From Psilocybe cubensis (Eukaryota): DNA of 64,000 nucleotides. Of the stretch, positions 38,701-51,900 are shown piece by piece. A program made the translations under genes and the position numbers. Location: NCBI GenBank assembly GCA_017499595.2, contig CM039004.1, positions 3,038,001 through 3,102,000 on the forward strand. The letters are read 5' to 3'. The notes beneath the pieces were generated by a model. It saw only the letters and a list, made by a program, of their open reading frames with translations, was not told the DNA's origin and did no database searches. Numbering within the stretch: position 1 is the first letter of the stretch; each line of letters starts with the position of its first letter.

Positions 38701-40773
38701 GGGTGATGAATGTACCTTTTGGTATTGAGGTATGTGTTGGGTGAGTATTTTTGATATTTTGTTTAAAATTACAACTTTAAAGATCTTTCAGGGAAATTAA
38801 TACACACATTCAATTGGACAAGCGCAACCAGCTGCGATTACACGCAACCATTTCAAACTGGAAGCCATAATCTGACACTGACTGATGTATGTTTATTCAT
38901 GATGAAGGGGAGACACTGGGTAAATTCTGTATGACGTATACTTTTGTTGCCACGTATGTAAATCGGGCATGGGTCAATGACAACATCTACCTTATTGTAG
39001 GAACCGCTAAATTCCTGCGAGCGGAACAACGACTTAGCAGTTGTATGAATCACCCAGAATGCAAGACTCACAAAACGACGAAGTCCAGCACCTTGGCGCC
39101 CAAACCCTGCCAAACATGTGAGAACACGCCGCGCGCTTGTCAGTCAAATCACACCCATCCCCTGTCTGGCGTTTCCATCCCAATGTTTTATCGTCCATTT
39201 TCATTCTCAATACCTTTCCACAATTTCATCTTCCTCCACTATCTACCTATCACACTCGTCCTTGTATCTATCACACAAGAGTTACTCAACTTACAACCAA
39301 CCGGGTAGCAGTGTTTTGTTTGTTCATGAAGCCGGTAGATAAAAATTCGTAAATAGAACTAGTATATAAGTAGTCGGGCAGTCTGTGAAAGCGGTAGTGG
39401 AAATTTACCCTCGAAAATTTGGTTTCTCTCCGCTCCTTGTACGTTCTCAAAGCTTAGCTGGCTATCGAAGAAAATCTAGCAACGCTACCTAACTCTTGTA
39501 ACCCTACTTGTAAGGTGAGCCGTTGCTACGCACGGCAGATACGAGTCCTTGTGATCAATTCCGTTGGAATTTATCAGACATGTCGTTTAGGAGGGGCAGC
39601 ATCCAGTATATTATAAGATTGTAATAGCTCCATCTAACTTGAAGACAAAGACTGGACTGAAAAGAATGAAATCACTAATGTTTAAGTTGTCCTATTGTAG
39701 ATTTCCGAAGCATATTTCTCAAAAAAGTCAAAAACAAAACGAGATGTTAATATACAAAACATGTATTTGATTCGTTTTTATTTCGCGTATATCAATGGCC
39801 TCCAGCAGTGTAATCAACTAACTATTCATGGATTCTAGCCTCTTACAGGGAAGGATAAGCGGCATCCCAATCTAAAGAGAAAGCAATAGTCAATGCAGAA
39901 GCCTCTCAAATTCCAATGACGAACGACTGGAAATAGGATAAGAACTTGGCAAACGTCGATTCTGTCGACGTGCCTTCAGTTAAGAAGAAAAATGGAAATG
40001 GAAAGGAAACCACCACCACTAATGCTAAGAGTAACAAAAAGGCACTTACATCAGACGATCTGGCTGCAAAAGAGACCGAGAAACTGCAGGTACAAGGGAA
40101 GCGGACCGAAAGTAAAATTCTCATAGTTAGTAGTGAATTTTTGTAGATTCAACAGAAAGGTTGTATTATGGTGAATTTACATGTTTTACACTCATCGTTT
40201 GAAGAGTCTAATACTCTATCCTATCGTCGTCATCGTCTTCCTGTGCTCGTCTGGGAAAAGGAAGAAGATTATTTGAGAAATAAGGAAAGTGGATGACAGG
40301 ATTGGGGTTTGGAAACCACCTGGCGAACCAGATCATCATTGGTGTATGTTGAAGGTGTGGTGTGAGGGTGGGGTTCGCGGAAATTTGAATGCATGAATTT
40401 GACAAGACTGAGATTGTTTGTGGATAGTGTTGCTGTGATATTCTCATCTTTCATCTTGCCATCGGTGGGTTCTTCGCCGTGGCGAGCTTCCAGATTTGAC
40501 GAAACGTCCTCTTCGCCAAAAACCTCAGCCACATTTGACTCTGCATGCGAGGTCCCTTCTTGATCTGATGTTCTCAAGTTGGTGGCGACGTCAGTCTGGT
40601 CTTTGGCGAGTTCAGTGTCTTTGGGCGAGATGTGATGGCAAGCGGGATTACATTGTCCAAAGTCAATGTCAATTAGTACTTAGTACATAGTAGACATCCT
40701 AGTGTAGAAAGGTGAGGAACGCTCACCCGTGCGTCTTAGCACATCGATTGCTTGTTGCACGATAATAGATAGA

Positions 40774-43309
40774 TTACAAACAAAAGTCAATGTCAATGGG
40801 TTGATCCGAAGTACCTCCATACCACTGGTGTTGGCTGGCTTCTAACTTTTCCCGCGAATGAACAGGAATGTAGGGCATCTTATCAGCATCAATCTCCGCC
40901 GAGGAATCCGAATCCTTATCACCAAATTTCTCGCCCTGTTCGTCCTGTCCGCCCTTCTCGCCTTCTTCGCCGTTCTCGTTCTCTTCGCCGTTCTCGTTCT
41001 CTTCCCCGTTCTCGTTCTCTTCCCCGTTCTCGTTCTCTTCGCCGTTCTCGCCCTCTTCGCCGTTCTCGTTCTCTTCGCCGTTCTCGCCCTCTTCGCCGTT
41101 CTCTCCCTCTTCGCCGTTCTCGTTCTCTTCGCCGTTCTCGCCCTCTTCGCCGTTCTCGCTCTCTTCACCGTTCTCGCCAATCCCGGTTTCATCACCAACC
41201 TTGCCCGAAGACTTAGAGAAAAGTCCTTTGCTGTCAAGAATTTTGGTTTGAGAGTCAGTTTGAATTCCTTGGTCCTTTGTACTCCCGCGGCGAAATGGGC
41301 AGGGACCTTCTTCCCCTCTGTGGTAGGTATCATCGTGCATGTTCTCCATCGTTATTTCAACACCGACTAATTTATGAAGGACATCACTATGATAGGAATG
41401 CAGGACTTCGAATTTGTTTGAGAGCATGTCTATAGCAGCCATGGAAAACGCCATTTTCGCTGCAATATAGTCGAAGCCATGGTCGTGATTAGCCAATTGC
41501 TTGTCGATTCGCTTCATGACTTTGTTCATCTTAGTGATATTCTTCTCTAATCGGGCCAGGCGATCTTCATTAGGGTAAGCTTCATTATCTGCATCTGCTT
41601 TGTTGTCTTCCCAATTGCGAATATATGTCGGCCGTGTAGGTAGTGGGCCTGCTGGAGCACGAGCTTCACTTCGCGCCATATCTTCTGCCACCCATGCTTC
41701 CCAATTCCTGGCAAATTCTTCTACAAAGATGTAAGCATACAATTTGCATAATACTGGATGAATTCTTACCAATGTCTTTAGCCGCTCTCGCAGATTTCTC
41801 GGGAGGAAGTGAGCTAGACGATGCTTTGGGTGGTGCGGTGTACCTTGGTATGGCTTCCCATGATTTGAGTACGTTCTCTGTTTTGATCTTAGCCTCAGTG
41901 TAGACAAACTGATAATGTACCTTACCCATAGGATGTTTGTCTTGGTTGGTTTGGGAAGAATTGAGGTCTGCGGTCTGCTCGGATATAGGTTGCTTTCCAT
42001 TGCTGTGCTTTGGATCTCTCAGCGCCGGCGAGTGATGTTGAGGGTCGTGATGGCCACAATTTTCATCTGGTTCAGGTGAGCCGGTTTCGCGTTTAGGCCT
42101 TTTTTGGCGATGCAATGGTTTTCCATGTTTTCTAGCTTCTTCAACAGGACCTGTGATATCTTCGTTCGCCTCAGGCAGCCTCCTCACAATAGTATCCCCT
42201 CGATTGTCACAGCGAACCCGATGCGAACCACAATAAAAGCAAGAGTACCCTTTATATGTGACACGGCAATTAATATTGCGATCTGCGCACTGAGCGCAGG
42301 GTTGGAGATGGACATAGTTGGTTGGAACAGGAGGTGTGCGATCCTGCTTTGTTTCAGAGCGGCCTTGCACCTTTATGTTCGTTTTAACGTTGGAATGTGG
42401 GGCGGGTTCTGGAGTAAGTTTGCGACCAAAGTTTTCAGTAGACGTTGGACCCTTTGCTACTGCTGCCATGGCTCGTGTGATTCGTTTTCCAGATGAAGTG
42501 TCCGACGAGGGTGCAGGTGCTATAACACGAGTGTCTGGCGGATTGATATTAGAGGGAATATCTGATGGAACATATCCATCTTCGTTATTGTTGTCGCTTG
42601 AGTTTTCAATAGATACAAGTGTTTTTGGTGGTGGAAGTTCGGGGCTGGCTTGCCTGGCCTGTTGCACTCGACGTTTCTTAAGTGGAGGTGACGGTTCTCT
42701 AATGAGTGCGGAATGGTTTGCACTGTCGTTGACGATTGTCTCTGCGACTGTCTTGGTTTTCTCAGCGCTACTAGACCGCGAGCGCTTATTGGCGACTTGG
42801 TGTCGAGACTTTCTTGTCGTGCGTCTTGGACCCTCAGAGTCTTGGCGAATTCGGCTGCCCTCGCCATCCACATTTTGGCGAACGTGCACTTCTGAATGCT
42901 GGTCATCCTTGCCTTCTAATGTGGGCTTCTGTACTGGTTCATCGTGCGGATCATCGATCTCACGTTGCAGATTTTGGCAGTATTCGAGAAACTCGTGGCT
43001 GCGATGCTCTCTCTTGCGGAAAGCGTGTCCATAAGCACTCAGAAAGGCGAAAAGGAAGTTATACTGGGGCTTTTCTTTTTCCTCCTTGAAGCGACCGCAG
43101 GTTGTGGCAACCGCTTTCTAAATTGTTGTCTCGGTGTATGGTCAACATGTAAAAAGAATATAACTCACTGCTGTTTCCAAGTGCGAATCCATAACTTTAG
43201 CAACATCACCATCGACAAGGCTCTTCCGAATTTTTTGATCAAGTATCTTTATCGCCTCCTGGAACGTTGATAGATTATGGATAGATTGGAGCTCAGTGGA
43301 TTCAGACAT
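40774..43309 (-). CDS. Zn(II)2Cys6-like cluster protein with coiled coil and acidic (GEENEN)n tail, multi-exon
   Basis: CAQCADRNINCRVTYKGYSCFYCGSHRVRC = CX2CX6CX8CX2CX6C (42209-42298); LARLEKNITKMNKVMKRIDKQL coiled coil; probable ATG at 43309 (MSESTELQ). Confidence 0.6.
40958..41178 (-). repeat. 18-bp coding minisatellite (GEENEN/GEEGEN), about 12 copies
   Basis: CCGTTCTCG(T/C)(T/C)CTCTTC(G/C) tandem units. Confidence 0.92.
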
Positions 43310-43470
43310 TATGGAAGGATTTGGATTTGAGGTTGTATCGTAGCGGAAAGATAGAATTGTAATGTCTGACAAGCTAAAATGATTTTCTCGCGGCTGACGC
43401 CGGCATGCTCGATCAGCATTGACTCTGCACTGCTCAATCAATTTGTAAGGTCGATTGTCTGGTTGACATG

Positions 43471-43834
43471 CCTCCTCAAAAAAACTCTTACTACTAGTGT
43501 CATCTTGATTTCGCCAGTTCCGAGAGGTTATAGGTTGATTAGTGGTCCAGGTGGTCAAGAGTACTTGGTGCCTTGCCATCTGGTTGAAGACATAAATCGT
43601 TTTTTTTTCTTTCTTTTGAATCCTATGAACATAAAAAAGGATGGGTTTAGAAAGGACAATGGCATCGGTACTATATACTCATCTTGTCCTGTGTCTATTG
43701 TACTGACTTTCGCATTTGAAAAGGAAGAAAACACACATATGGAGACCGCCGCATCCCATAAAGGAGGCACATTTACTTCTCCCACCAAACCTTCTGTAAG
43801 CATCCGCTTTTCTATACAGATTTTAAAATTGGAC
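43471..43834 (-). repeat. Inverted partner of 29158-29545
   Basis: Reverse-complement match by eye. Confidence 0.9.
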
Positions 43835-44306
43835 ATATCTGAAAGGCTATTGGCACTCAGGATTTGGCGCAATTAGGGCTACATGCCGATGTCATAGCTC
43901 TTCAAGAATTGCTTGACATTTCGTAACAGGACGCAGCACATAGGCTTTATCTGGCCGAAATAGAAAAGTGCAAAATGGGACATCAGACATTGGTTGCACT
44001 CAGACGCATTCAGGAAGATATTGATAAATGTATAAAAGGGTTCGAAGATTATTGTAAGAAAGGAAAATGAATACATAATATAGTTTTTTTATAAAAAATA
44101 TTAAGTGATGAGGTGGGCGAGCCGGCTGGCGAGCACGAAAATAAAGGCGAACGGTATATTATTATCATTTTCACATATCGTTTTTACGACGTAAAAATTG
44201 ATGAGCGCCAGCAGTGAAAGTGAAACATTTGTATCGTCAGGCTTGACGAGGGTAAAAACAAAAGAAGGTAACAATAGATCTAACCAAGTCGTGCCACATT
44301 ACACAC

Positions 44307-46409
44307 TCACGTCGCTCTCCCCGCCAGTGATAAGTAGTGACTGCGCTAAAATTTAATGGAAAAGAGGGCTTGTTCAGAACCATTCAAAAAAAGGGATATG
44401 GACCACAACGTACCACCTGCACAATCTGCGACTTTGCAGGTTCGGGTATGTTGTCGATATGTTCCTGAGTCATACCCAACACTATCGATATAGCCTATAA
44501 TATTCCCATTCACAACCACAACAGTGTAATTGAAAAGAATAGAGAAAATTGCATGTAAAACGGAACAAGTCATGAGGAAACATAAGACAACCTGTCAGTA
44601 AACAAACACTCACACGTTGTTGTTCTGGATCCATCTCCACAAATGCCGTTGCTATTTGCGCAAGCTGTTGTTGCTGCTTTATTAACGGAGGTTCGACAAG
44701 TGTAAGTGGGGAGGTACAAGGCGACAACGACGGGTCGTGGCAGATCCTATGTAACTCAAGGAGATATTGGGCATGCGCATGGGGTTTTACGGCAATCGAC
44801 GATTGCTCCCGTGTCGTTGGCATCAACTGACTTGAGGAATAATGCAGGCCATGCAATGGGGAGTATGGCGTATACAGTGGGTATTGGCTATCTGAACCTG
44901 TTGGTCCTTGGTCGATTGGAGATTGAGTTAGAGAACTACCAGCCGCAGCGGGTCGTCGCGAGGAAGCGAGCATACGTTCAATCATAATTGGATCAACAAA
45001 TCGATTCAGTACGAGGGAATGGCAAAGTGCGTAGGCTAGCTGTGGGTACCTAATGAGCAGCGTTCGAGCTTTTTCAGGATATGTGATCACGAAAGCCTGA
45101 AAATGAAAAAGACAAAGGTTCCAATCAATACAAAACACCGCAAACAATGACGTTAAAACAGAAACTCAAATTCCGTTGCTCACCTTCATCTGAGCCAGGG
45201 CCTCGCGAACTTTACTCTCCGGTAACTCAGCCACGATCCATTTAATGTGGTCAAGTGCTGAAACACCACTCGGGATGGTTATCCCAGGTGGGATATTCGC
45301 TAAAAATGTATCATTGTCATTCCACTGCCCTTTACCCCCGTCATTTGCATCCAAATGCATTCGGCTACGGTATTCGGATGACCCAGTGTAACCCCTATCC
45401 ATTATACGGCCTCTAACAGTCGTTTTTCCTTCCAGAAGAGGGTCCAAATCGGCCAAATCGACACGCAATGAACGACCTCCGCAGTCCGTATTATTGAGAT
45501 TACGAACAGCCAAAAGAGCAGTCTCGTGATCTTTGACATGAAAAGACAAGTGTCGCGTACGTGTGGTAGATATTGAAGCAGAGACAATGCAGTTTGCAGT
45601 TTCGGTGTTGATATACAAGGACAACGGGATGGGGTCGCGAATTAAAGTTTGATACGCACATAACAGTAAAGTATAACTGATTGCGCGGGTAAAAGGATTT
45701 CACATCAAGGAGATTTCAATGGATATAGGGTATACACATAACCATAACGGTCGCAGTATTCGAGGTAATCGAGCCAAGAACAAGCCGTGATTTGATTTTT
45801 GTTATGATTAGTGCGTTGTACACACATTGAAATATATTGGGTTTCACGAAGAATGTATCATTCGAAAAAGGATGCGGCACATTGTTGTAATTCGTGGATA
45901 TGAGGAGTGAGGTTAATTCTGGGTAAGTTAAGTAATTCGAAATTCGACACTCACGCGTTTGGGTGTATTTGAGACATACAAGACAATCGTGACAACAGAG
46001 TTGATATAATCGCATCCCATTAAGTAGTGTAGGAATGAATAAAAGAGAAACTTAAAGATCAGACATAATACGTGTTGATAGGCAGGAAGAAGCGAGATAG
46101 AAGTACCTGCAAATTCACAAAAGCCATAACCTTTTGGTTTTTCTGTGTCTCTGTCGAAGGCGAGCCTGTATAGAAGAGTGTATAGAGTTTAGTTGTAACC
46201 TCTCCCGAACAAGAATACGAAATACGATACCTAAATCCTACAACCTGACCAACAGCCTTGAAAATAATCACAATTTGTTCTTCTGTCATGTTAAAAGGCA
46301 CATTGCCAACTTACAGGTCACCAATACGGACAGAGAAATGAGACGAAAAGGATTTGAGCACTCCAATAAAATACGCACCAAACACCACACGACTTTTGCT
46401 GTTAGACAT
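44307..46409 (-). CDS. RNA15: Cleavage stimulation factor CstF-64/Rna15-like protein (RRM, hinge, CSTF_C), divergent
   Basis: Exons give RVVF/VGNVPFNMTEEQI..VGQVVGFR/LAFDRDTEKPKGYGFCEF/DHETALLAVRNLN..GGRSLRVD; hinge PEKARTLLIRYPQLAYAL; C-terminus VLGMTQEHIDNIPEPAKSQIVQV. One intron is unusually long (~550 nt). Confidence 0.85.
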
Positions 46410-48071
46410 AACAATGTCACTGTACAAACGTTTTACTGGAGCTTAATATATCAAATGCAGAGCAAGTGTCGTCAATCAATTGATTTACCGTAGACGTATC
46501 TTGTGACCCTGGAATATACCGACGTACCCGATGACTGTAGAATTGTATTTGTAGACGGGAATGTCTATGTATATGGGAACGTCCGCACTCCAAACTCGTC
46601 TACCGAAGGATATCCGAACCTTCGCACGGTGCGTTCATCGCCTTTCACAGATGCCATACAACCCGATATGTTTAGTGCGCCACAGAACAGGATAGCCCAT
46701 CAAGAAACAATAGTAATAATCCATTTGGTTATATACTGTCAGCGCATCGGCGTCAACCATCATTTCTCACCGTTTACTATACATACACAAAGTCCATCAG
46801 AATCATCATGTAACTTATACTTCAACATGCCGTTGAATAGTCTACGCAAGATCTGCCAACGAACTAGATACTTTGTTCCATCCAATCTCAGATTATGTAA
46901 AATCAGAGTCATCTCGAAATTCGTTCAATTGACCAGACTGTATACAAATCAAAGTTTAGCTAAAGGACTCGGGACTCAGATGACTACTGGCTCCGTGTTA
47001 GCTGTCTTCTCTCGATTTACGAGAAAACGCAAATGCTCGCCAGACCGATCAAACCGTATTCAATGATTCTCGGAGAAAACCAAAGAAAATGATCTACAAC
47101 GGTCTATCATTTACGTAATTTTTGAGTCTGACTTTGAAGCTCTCCCCTCCCCGGGGAGCTCCTCTATGGGCTTGTCCGGAATTCTGTTGATTTTTGGGTA
47201 TCAAATCCGCGAAACCGGACATACCTTCTCAGCAGGTGTACTTCCAAATATGGAAATTTCTCTCCCTGTGGGTGTCAATCAGTCGATCGACACCGACCAA
47301 ATTATAGCAAAAAAAAAAAAAAAAGTACGGTAATGGTACTATTTGATGACCGTGTATGATGAATTTCTTGTCTTTTTCTCTCTATTTAGACTCAATTTGA
47401 AATGCGAAAATATTCTTTGATGGTCAAGAATACGAATACTATACTTTTTATTGTTATTTCTTATAGGTTCAACTAGGATAACCAATTGAAATCGAATCAT
47501 CTCTCAAGAGTAACCCAAACTAGTACAGAACAACAAAAAGTCTGTTTTGAATGTCCGAAATTACATGGAAAGACTATTAATGCCATTATCAAAATCTAAA
47601 ATGAAAGACTGCGAATGCGAGACTGAAGCCATTCCAGGATCAACGTCAAGACCTGGTTGAAAAATCACCAGGTCTTTGGCGACTCTGGTAACGTCTGTAT
47701 CAACAGGGCCATTGAAATGCATCTCAGATACGAAAGGTAAGTGGCTCATGTCACTAACGAAACTGACAGATCGGCACAAGCCTTCTTCGTTGGGTGCTCT
47801 GGGACGGTTGAGGTAGGTACCCTCAGAATGAATAACTGACCCAGATTTATGGCAAAACCGTAATAGTTCGGCAACTTTCGTGTTTAAATTTATATAAACA
47901 TTGGAAAAAATGTCCATTTTAATCGAAGTACAAGTTGTATTTGTTTGTTTACGGGGTGCTCTAGCTCCGGTGATGTGGCTGTAAAAAATTGGATCTCTGG
48001 GTTCGAAGCTGTCGATAGTGAACCGAGGACGGGCTTTGTGTTTATTTTGGTAGTCTGCGATAACGTGTCGC

Positions 48072-48171
48072 NNNNNNNNNNNNNNNNNNNNNNNNNNNNN
48101 NNNNNNNNNNNNNNNNNNNNNNNNNNNNNNNNNNNNNNNNNNNNNNNNNNNNNNNNNNNNNNNNNNNNNNN
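48072..48171. other. Assembly gap (100 N)
   Basis: Run of exactly 100 N, typical of a scaffold join of unknown size. Confidence 0.99.
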
Positions 48172-48229
48172 GGCTGTTGGGGGATCCCAACAACCAGCCC
48201 TTTCGTCTTTATAGACTCTTCAGTGGCTA
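48172..48229 (-). ncRNA. Hammerhead ribozyme, partial (cleavage site falls in the N gap)
   Basis: Identical core and stem II; the sequence stops at ...CAGCC in stem III, 3 nt before the predicted cleavage site. Confidence 0.75.
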
Positions 48230-48826
48230 TTCTTAGAAGGAATGTTCTAGACATCCGATGACAGCGCGTGAAGTGATGCTGCGCAGCTGTCATGTATCTT
48301 ACCGACTATCACAAATCTGTCAATGTTTATTGTCAAGTTAGACAGGTCTCTGATGAACAGAGTGTCACGGGTCGATGTGGCACATGGTAACCTGTCAAAA
48401 GTGGATCCAACACTTTTGTTCTTTGACATCGTGGGTTATTGACTGTGATGTGAATCACATGGATATAGATTACTCTGGTTACGTGGCTCCGAGTAACCGC
48501 GACATGGGAATATTCACATGTCTAGAGTATAAATAGCTTACCTGGGTCCTTACCTAACAATCAAACAATAGAATGATTGATTGTTGTGAATCTTAATTGG
48601 ACAGTTCATGATCCGGTCCATCAAAAATGTTTCCACGGTACTAAGGAACTTTTCCCGAAGTACTAAGTAACTTTTCCCATGTACTAAATTAGATCCGGCC
48701 CTTCACAATCACATGCCGTTCGGAAGTTCACACGCCTACCTTACTTCCTACTAAGGTTAGACTTAGTTAGCTTAGGGTTGGGGTTAGGTTAGGGTTTAGG
48801 GTTTAGGGTTTAGGGTTTAGGTTTAG
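48172..48826 (-). repeat. Pseudo-LTR copy 1 (3' end of the full-length element, cut by the gap), including its telomeric tract
   Basis: Direct repeat of 52589-53217 and 53293-53950. Confidence 0.9.
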
Positions 48827-48938
48827 CTATTTAATCCAAAGTGTTGCTTGTAAGTAGATGTTTGTTACTTTATAGCAAGGAATACTTACGGTTAGGGTTT
48901 TTTTCTAATGCTTTACGCCTTACGCGCTAGTATTCTTT

Positions 48939-51900
48939 TCATCGGTTGTAAGATTTGGATATTCTGCCGAATTCTGGATGTTCCCTCTCTTGTGAGATTG
49001 AACGTCTATGAAGTATTATCTCGTTATCACTTTCGATACTTATCTGTTCAGCAGCTTCAACTAGAGCAGAATGATAAGTTTCATTAACGTTTTGAGTTTC
49101 GGGAACAACACCACCTTTTTCAGCGATGTTTTCATCCAGTTTACGAAAGACTGTTTTCTTCCACACATTTGCAAGGTCGAAAAGATTAGTATTGCGCTTT
49201 CGCGATACTATCCAACGACTTCCGAGTAGTCCTATCTTCCTCAAATCCGGTACGAACTCAGTTTCTCCGTCCACGAGGATCTGTGTGAACAGCTCCGGGC
49301 GAACATCATCGAGGTCGTGAACGTAATTTGGATCTGGTTTGATAAGGGGTCTGGACGAGTCTGCACTATACAGACCTTTCTCGGCATGTTCATACCATGC
49401 CGACCAGTACTCGGTAACAGTCTTTCCAAGTTCAGCAGCTGAAAACCAATTCCATACCTGATCAAATCTGGTTTTAAGTACAAGAATGGATTCGTCGTGC
49501 TCTGCGACTCGTAAAGCGAATCGCTTTTCCCAACGTTCTTGTATATTCTTCTTACACCAAGACATGACTAGGTTTTCGGGATAACCGCGCATCAAATAGA
49601 GAGCGTTAAGGTCTCTAATTGCTCCGATGTAGATTTCCTTGGTACTACATAGCACGGCTAACCTGGATAACTCTCCAATGTAGACGCCACGTTTGACGTC
49701 CAAAGGATGATGTGATACCCATGGAACTCGTTCTCGGTTGTTTCCTGTCTTGACAAATGGCTTCCAATGAAGTTTTCCAGACTCCTTGAATATGAAAGCA
49801 TCGAGAAATTGACATCCCGACGAGGAAACAGCCCATTCGATAACACAACCATCGAACTTTATTGTTTCTTTAATAAGATTAAGTGCAAGTGCTTCGGACT
49901 CGGCGTAAACAATTGCGAAACAATCGTCGATGTACCTTCCATAGAAGGCCACGTTTGGGTGGTCTAAGATTTTTGACTTTATTTCAAAATGGGCTCCAAA
50001 GAGGTTAGCAAGGTCCGGAGAATCCGCGACGCCCATTGCGAGGCCATTTTTTTGTCTAAAATATCTAGACCCATGTTGTGTTATCAATTGCGTATTGCCA
50101 ATCTCGATAGCACGTTTAAAGATGCCCAATTTAACCAAGTTATTCTCTAACGAATTTGGATTAATATGGGCTAATGCAGTGTTCTCTTCCGAAGCGTTGA
50201 GTAACCATTCCTCGTACATATTACAAACGATTTCGATGCACAAGTCCAACGGAATATTGGGATAGAAAGCAACTACATCCCCGGTGACAAAATACCATTG
50301 TCGTTTGGGGTCTATACGCAATTGGCTTAATCTCGTAAAGAGATCCTTCGTTCCGTGAATGATTGAAGGAGTCGATTTAATAATCGGCTTAAGCTCTTTT
50401 GATACAAACTTGGCTGCAGGATTAAATACTACAGAGTGACACGGAATTATGGGCCTAAATCCAGTAGGTTTCTTGTGGATTTTAGGTATACCATGAAATT
50501 GAGGATACTTGAACGATGATCCGTCTTCCGGTACATTCGATAGAAAGAATCGAGACAACCCAAGTTCAAATAGAAACAGATGTTCATCTTCGACGGTACG
50601 TGCGAGAGTTTGCATCTGAATCATTTTGCTCTTCATAACTTCTTGCGCAACTTCGAATTCTAACTCTTCGTAGTTGCGTTCATCTTCAAGAAGATTGAGC
50701 TCATTCCTTAATATCCAGTCGCGTTCAGACACCGCGAGGCCAAGATTCTTATCTGTCATCGTAATAACATAGTTGTTATCGAAAAGAAACTTTTGGATCT
50801 TGTCCCTTTTAGGAGAGAACGCGTGCTTTCGCATCTCTTTAAGGGCTTCTTCCGGGATACTTGCGATCGTTTTAATAACGTACCGACGTCCCATTGAAAG
50901 GCCAAGTTCCATAAATTGCGGTAACATTGGAGGTTTCTCTTTCTTTTTAGAGCTTACTCCATAGTCTGGATCGAAAGGTTTATTCATGCCTTCTTTAAAC
51001 AAAAAATAGATACGCCATCTTATTCTTCGTTGAAAATCATTCCATGCTTGCATGATCAGATTTTTAGAAGGCAGTGTAAAAAACATATAATTGAGTCCAA
51101 GAGATAAATCATTTGCTACATCAACAGGGACCGAAACACCAGGACTACAGTGTACACTAGATCTATACTGGCCAGCCAATAAGAATGAAATCGGGGTATT
51201 GAGGTGTACAAAAGAAACTGCGTCTGTTTTAGTCATGGTGAGTATATCGTCAGGAATAGAGTTGGGGAAGGCGGGTCTCACCGACGTAAATGATGCTACA
51301 GTAGACCGCGCGTCTAGGCTCTTGCCTTTCCCTTTCCCTTTGGATCGTTGTTCTTGACGGGAGCTCTCCCCTTCCCTTTCTTCTTGTTGTCGACCTTGTT
51401 GGAAGCCTTGGTTTGAGGCTTCCTCTGCGAAGGCGTCGACGACGACTTGGGTTTCGAAGGGCCAGCTTTCCTGGCCTGAGGTTGAGGAGCCTTGGACGAA
51501 TTCTGGCCAGACAAAGTCTGGGTAATTAGAGTAATAATTAGTGTCCAGAATTATGGGTGAAGGGTTACGAAAACTTGCCTTCTTGCCCACAGATCCAAGG
51601 TTGAGCTTTTTGAGACGTGCATTCAAGCCCTTATCAATAAGGGATTGAATCGATGGACCTGGTTTGGTCGCATCGGCCATCTCGACATCGGCTGTTGCCG
51701 CAGTCGTCCGCTTTTTCTCAATCTTAATTGCCAAGGCGCGGTGGCGCATGTTGACAATCTGTTTGATATGAGAAAAGATCGCCGGCAGTATAGTTTGCAG
51801 CGCACTGCATTCGGCTTTCTTTTGCGGAGACACTACCCACTCTGCTATACGTCGAACTCCCTTGTTGTCTGTAGAGAAAACAGGGAGCTTGTAGCTGGAT

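Noticed and set aside
40842-41370. ORFs with (RTAKRT)n and (FAVLVL)n repeats
   Set aside because: Alternative-frame and antisense shadows of the 18-bp minisatellite.
47561-48293. ORFs spanning the N run
   Set aside because: They artificially join two contigs. The left part (47561-48071) may be a real coding fragment, but I cannot identify it.
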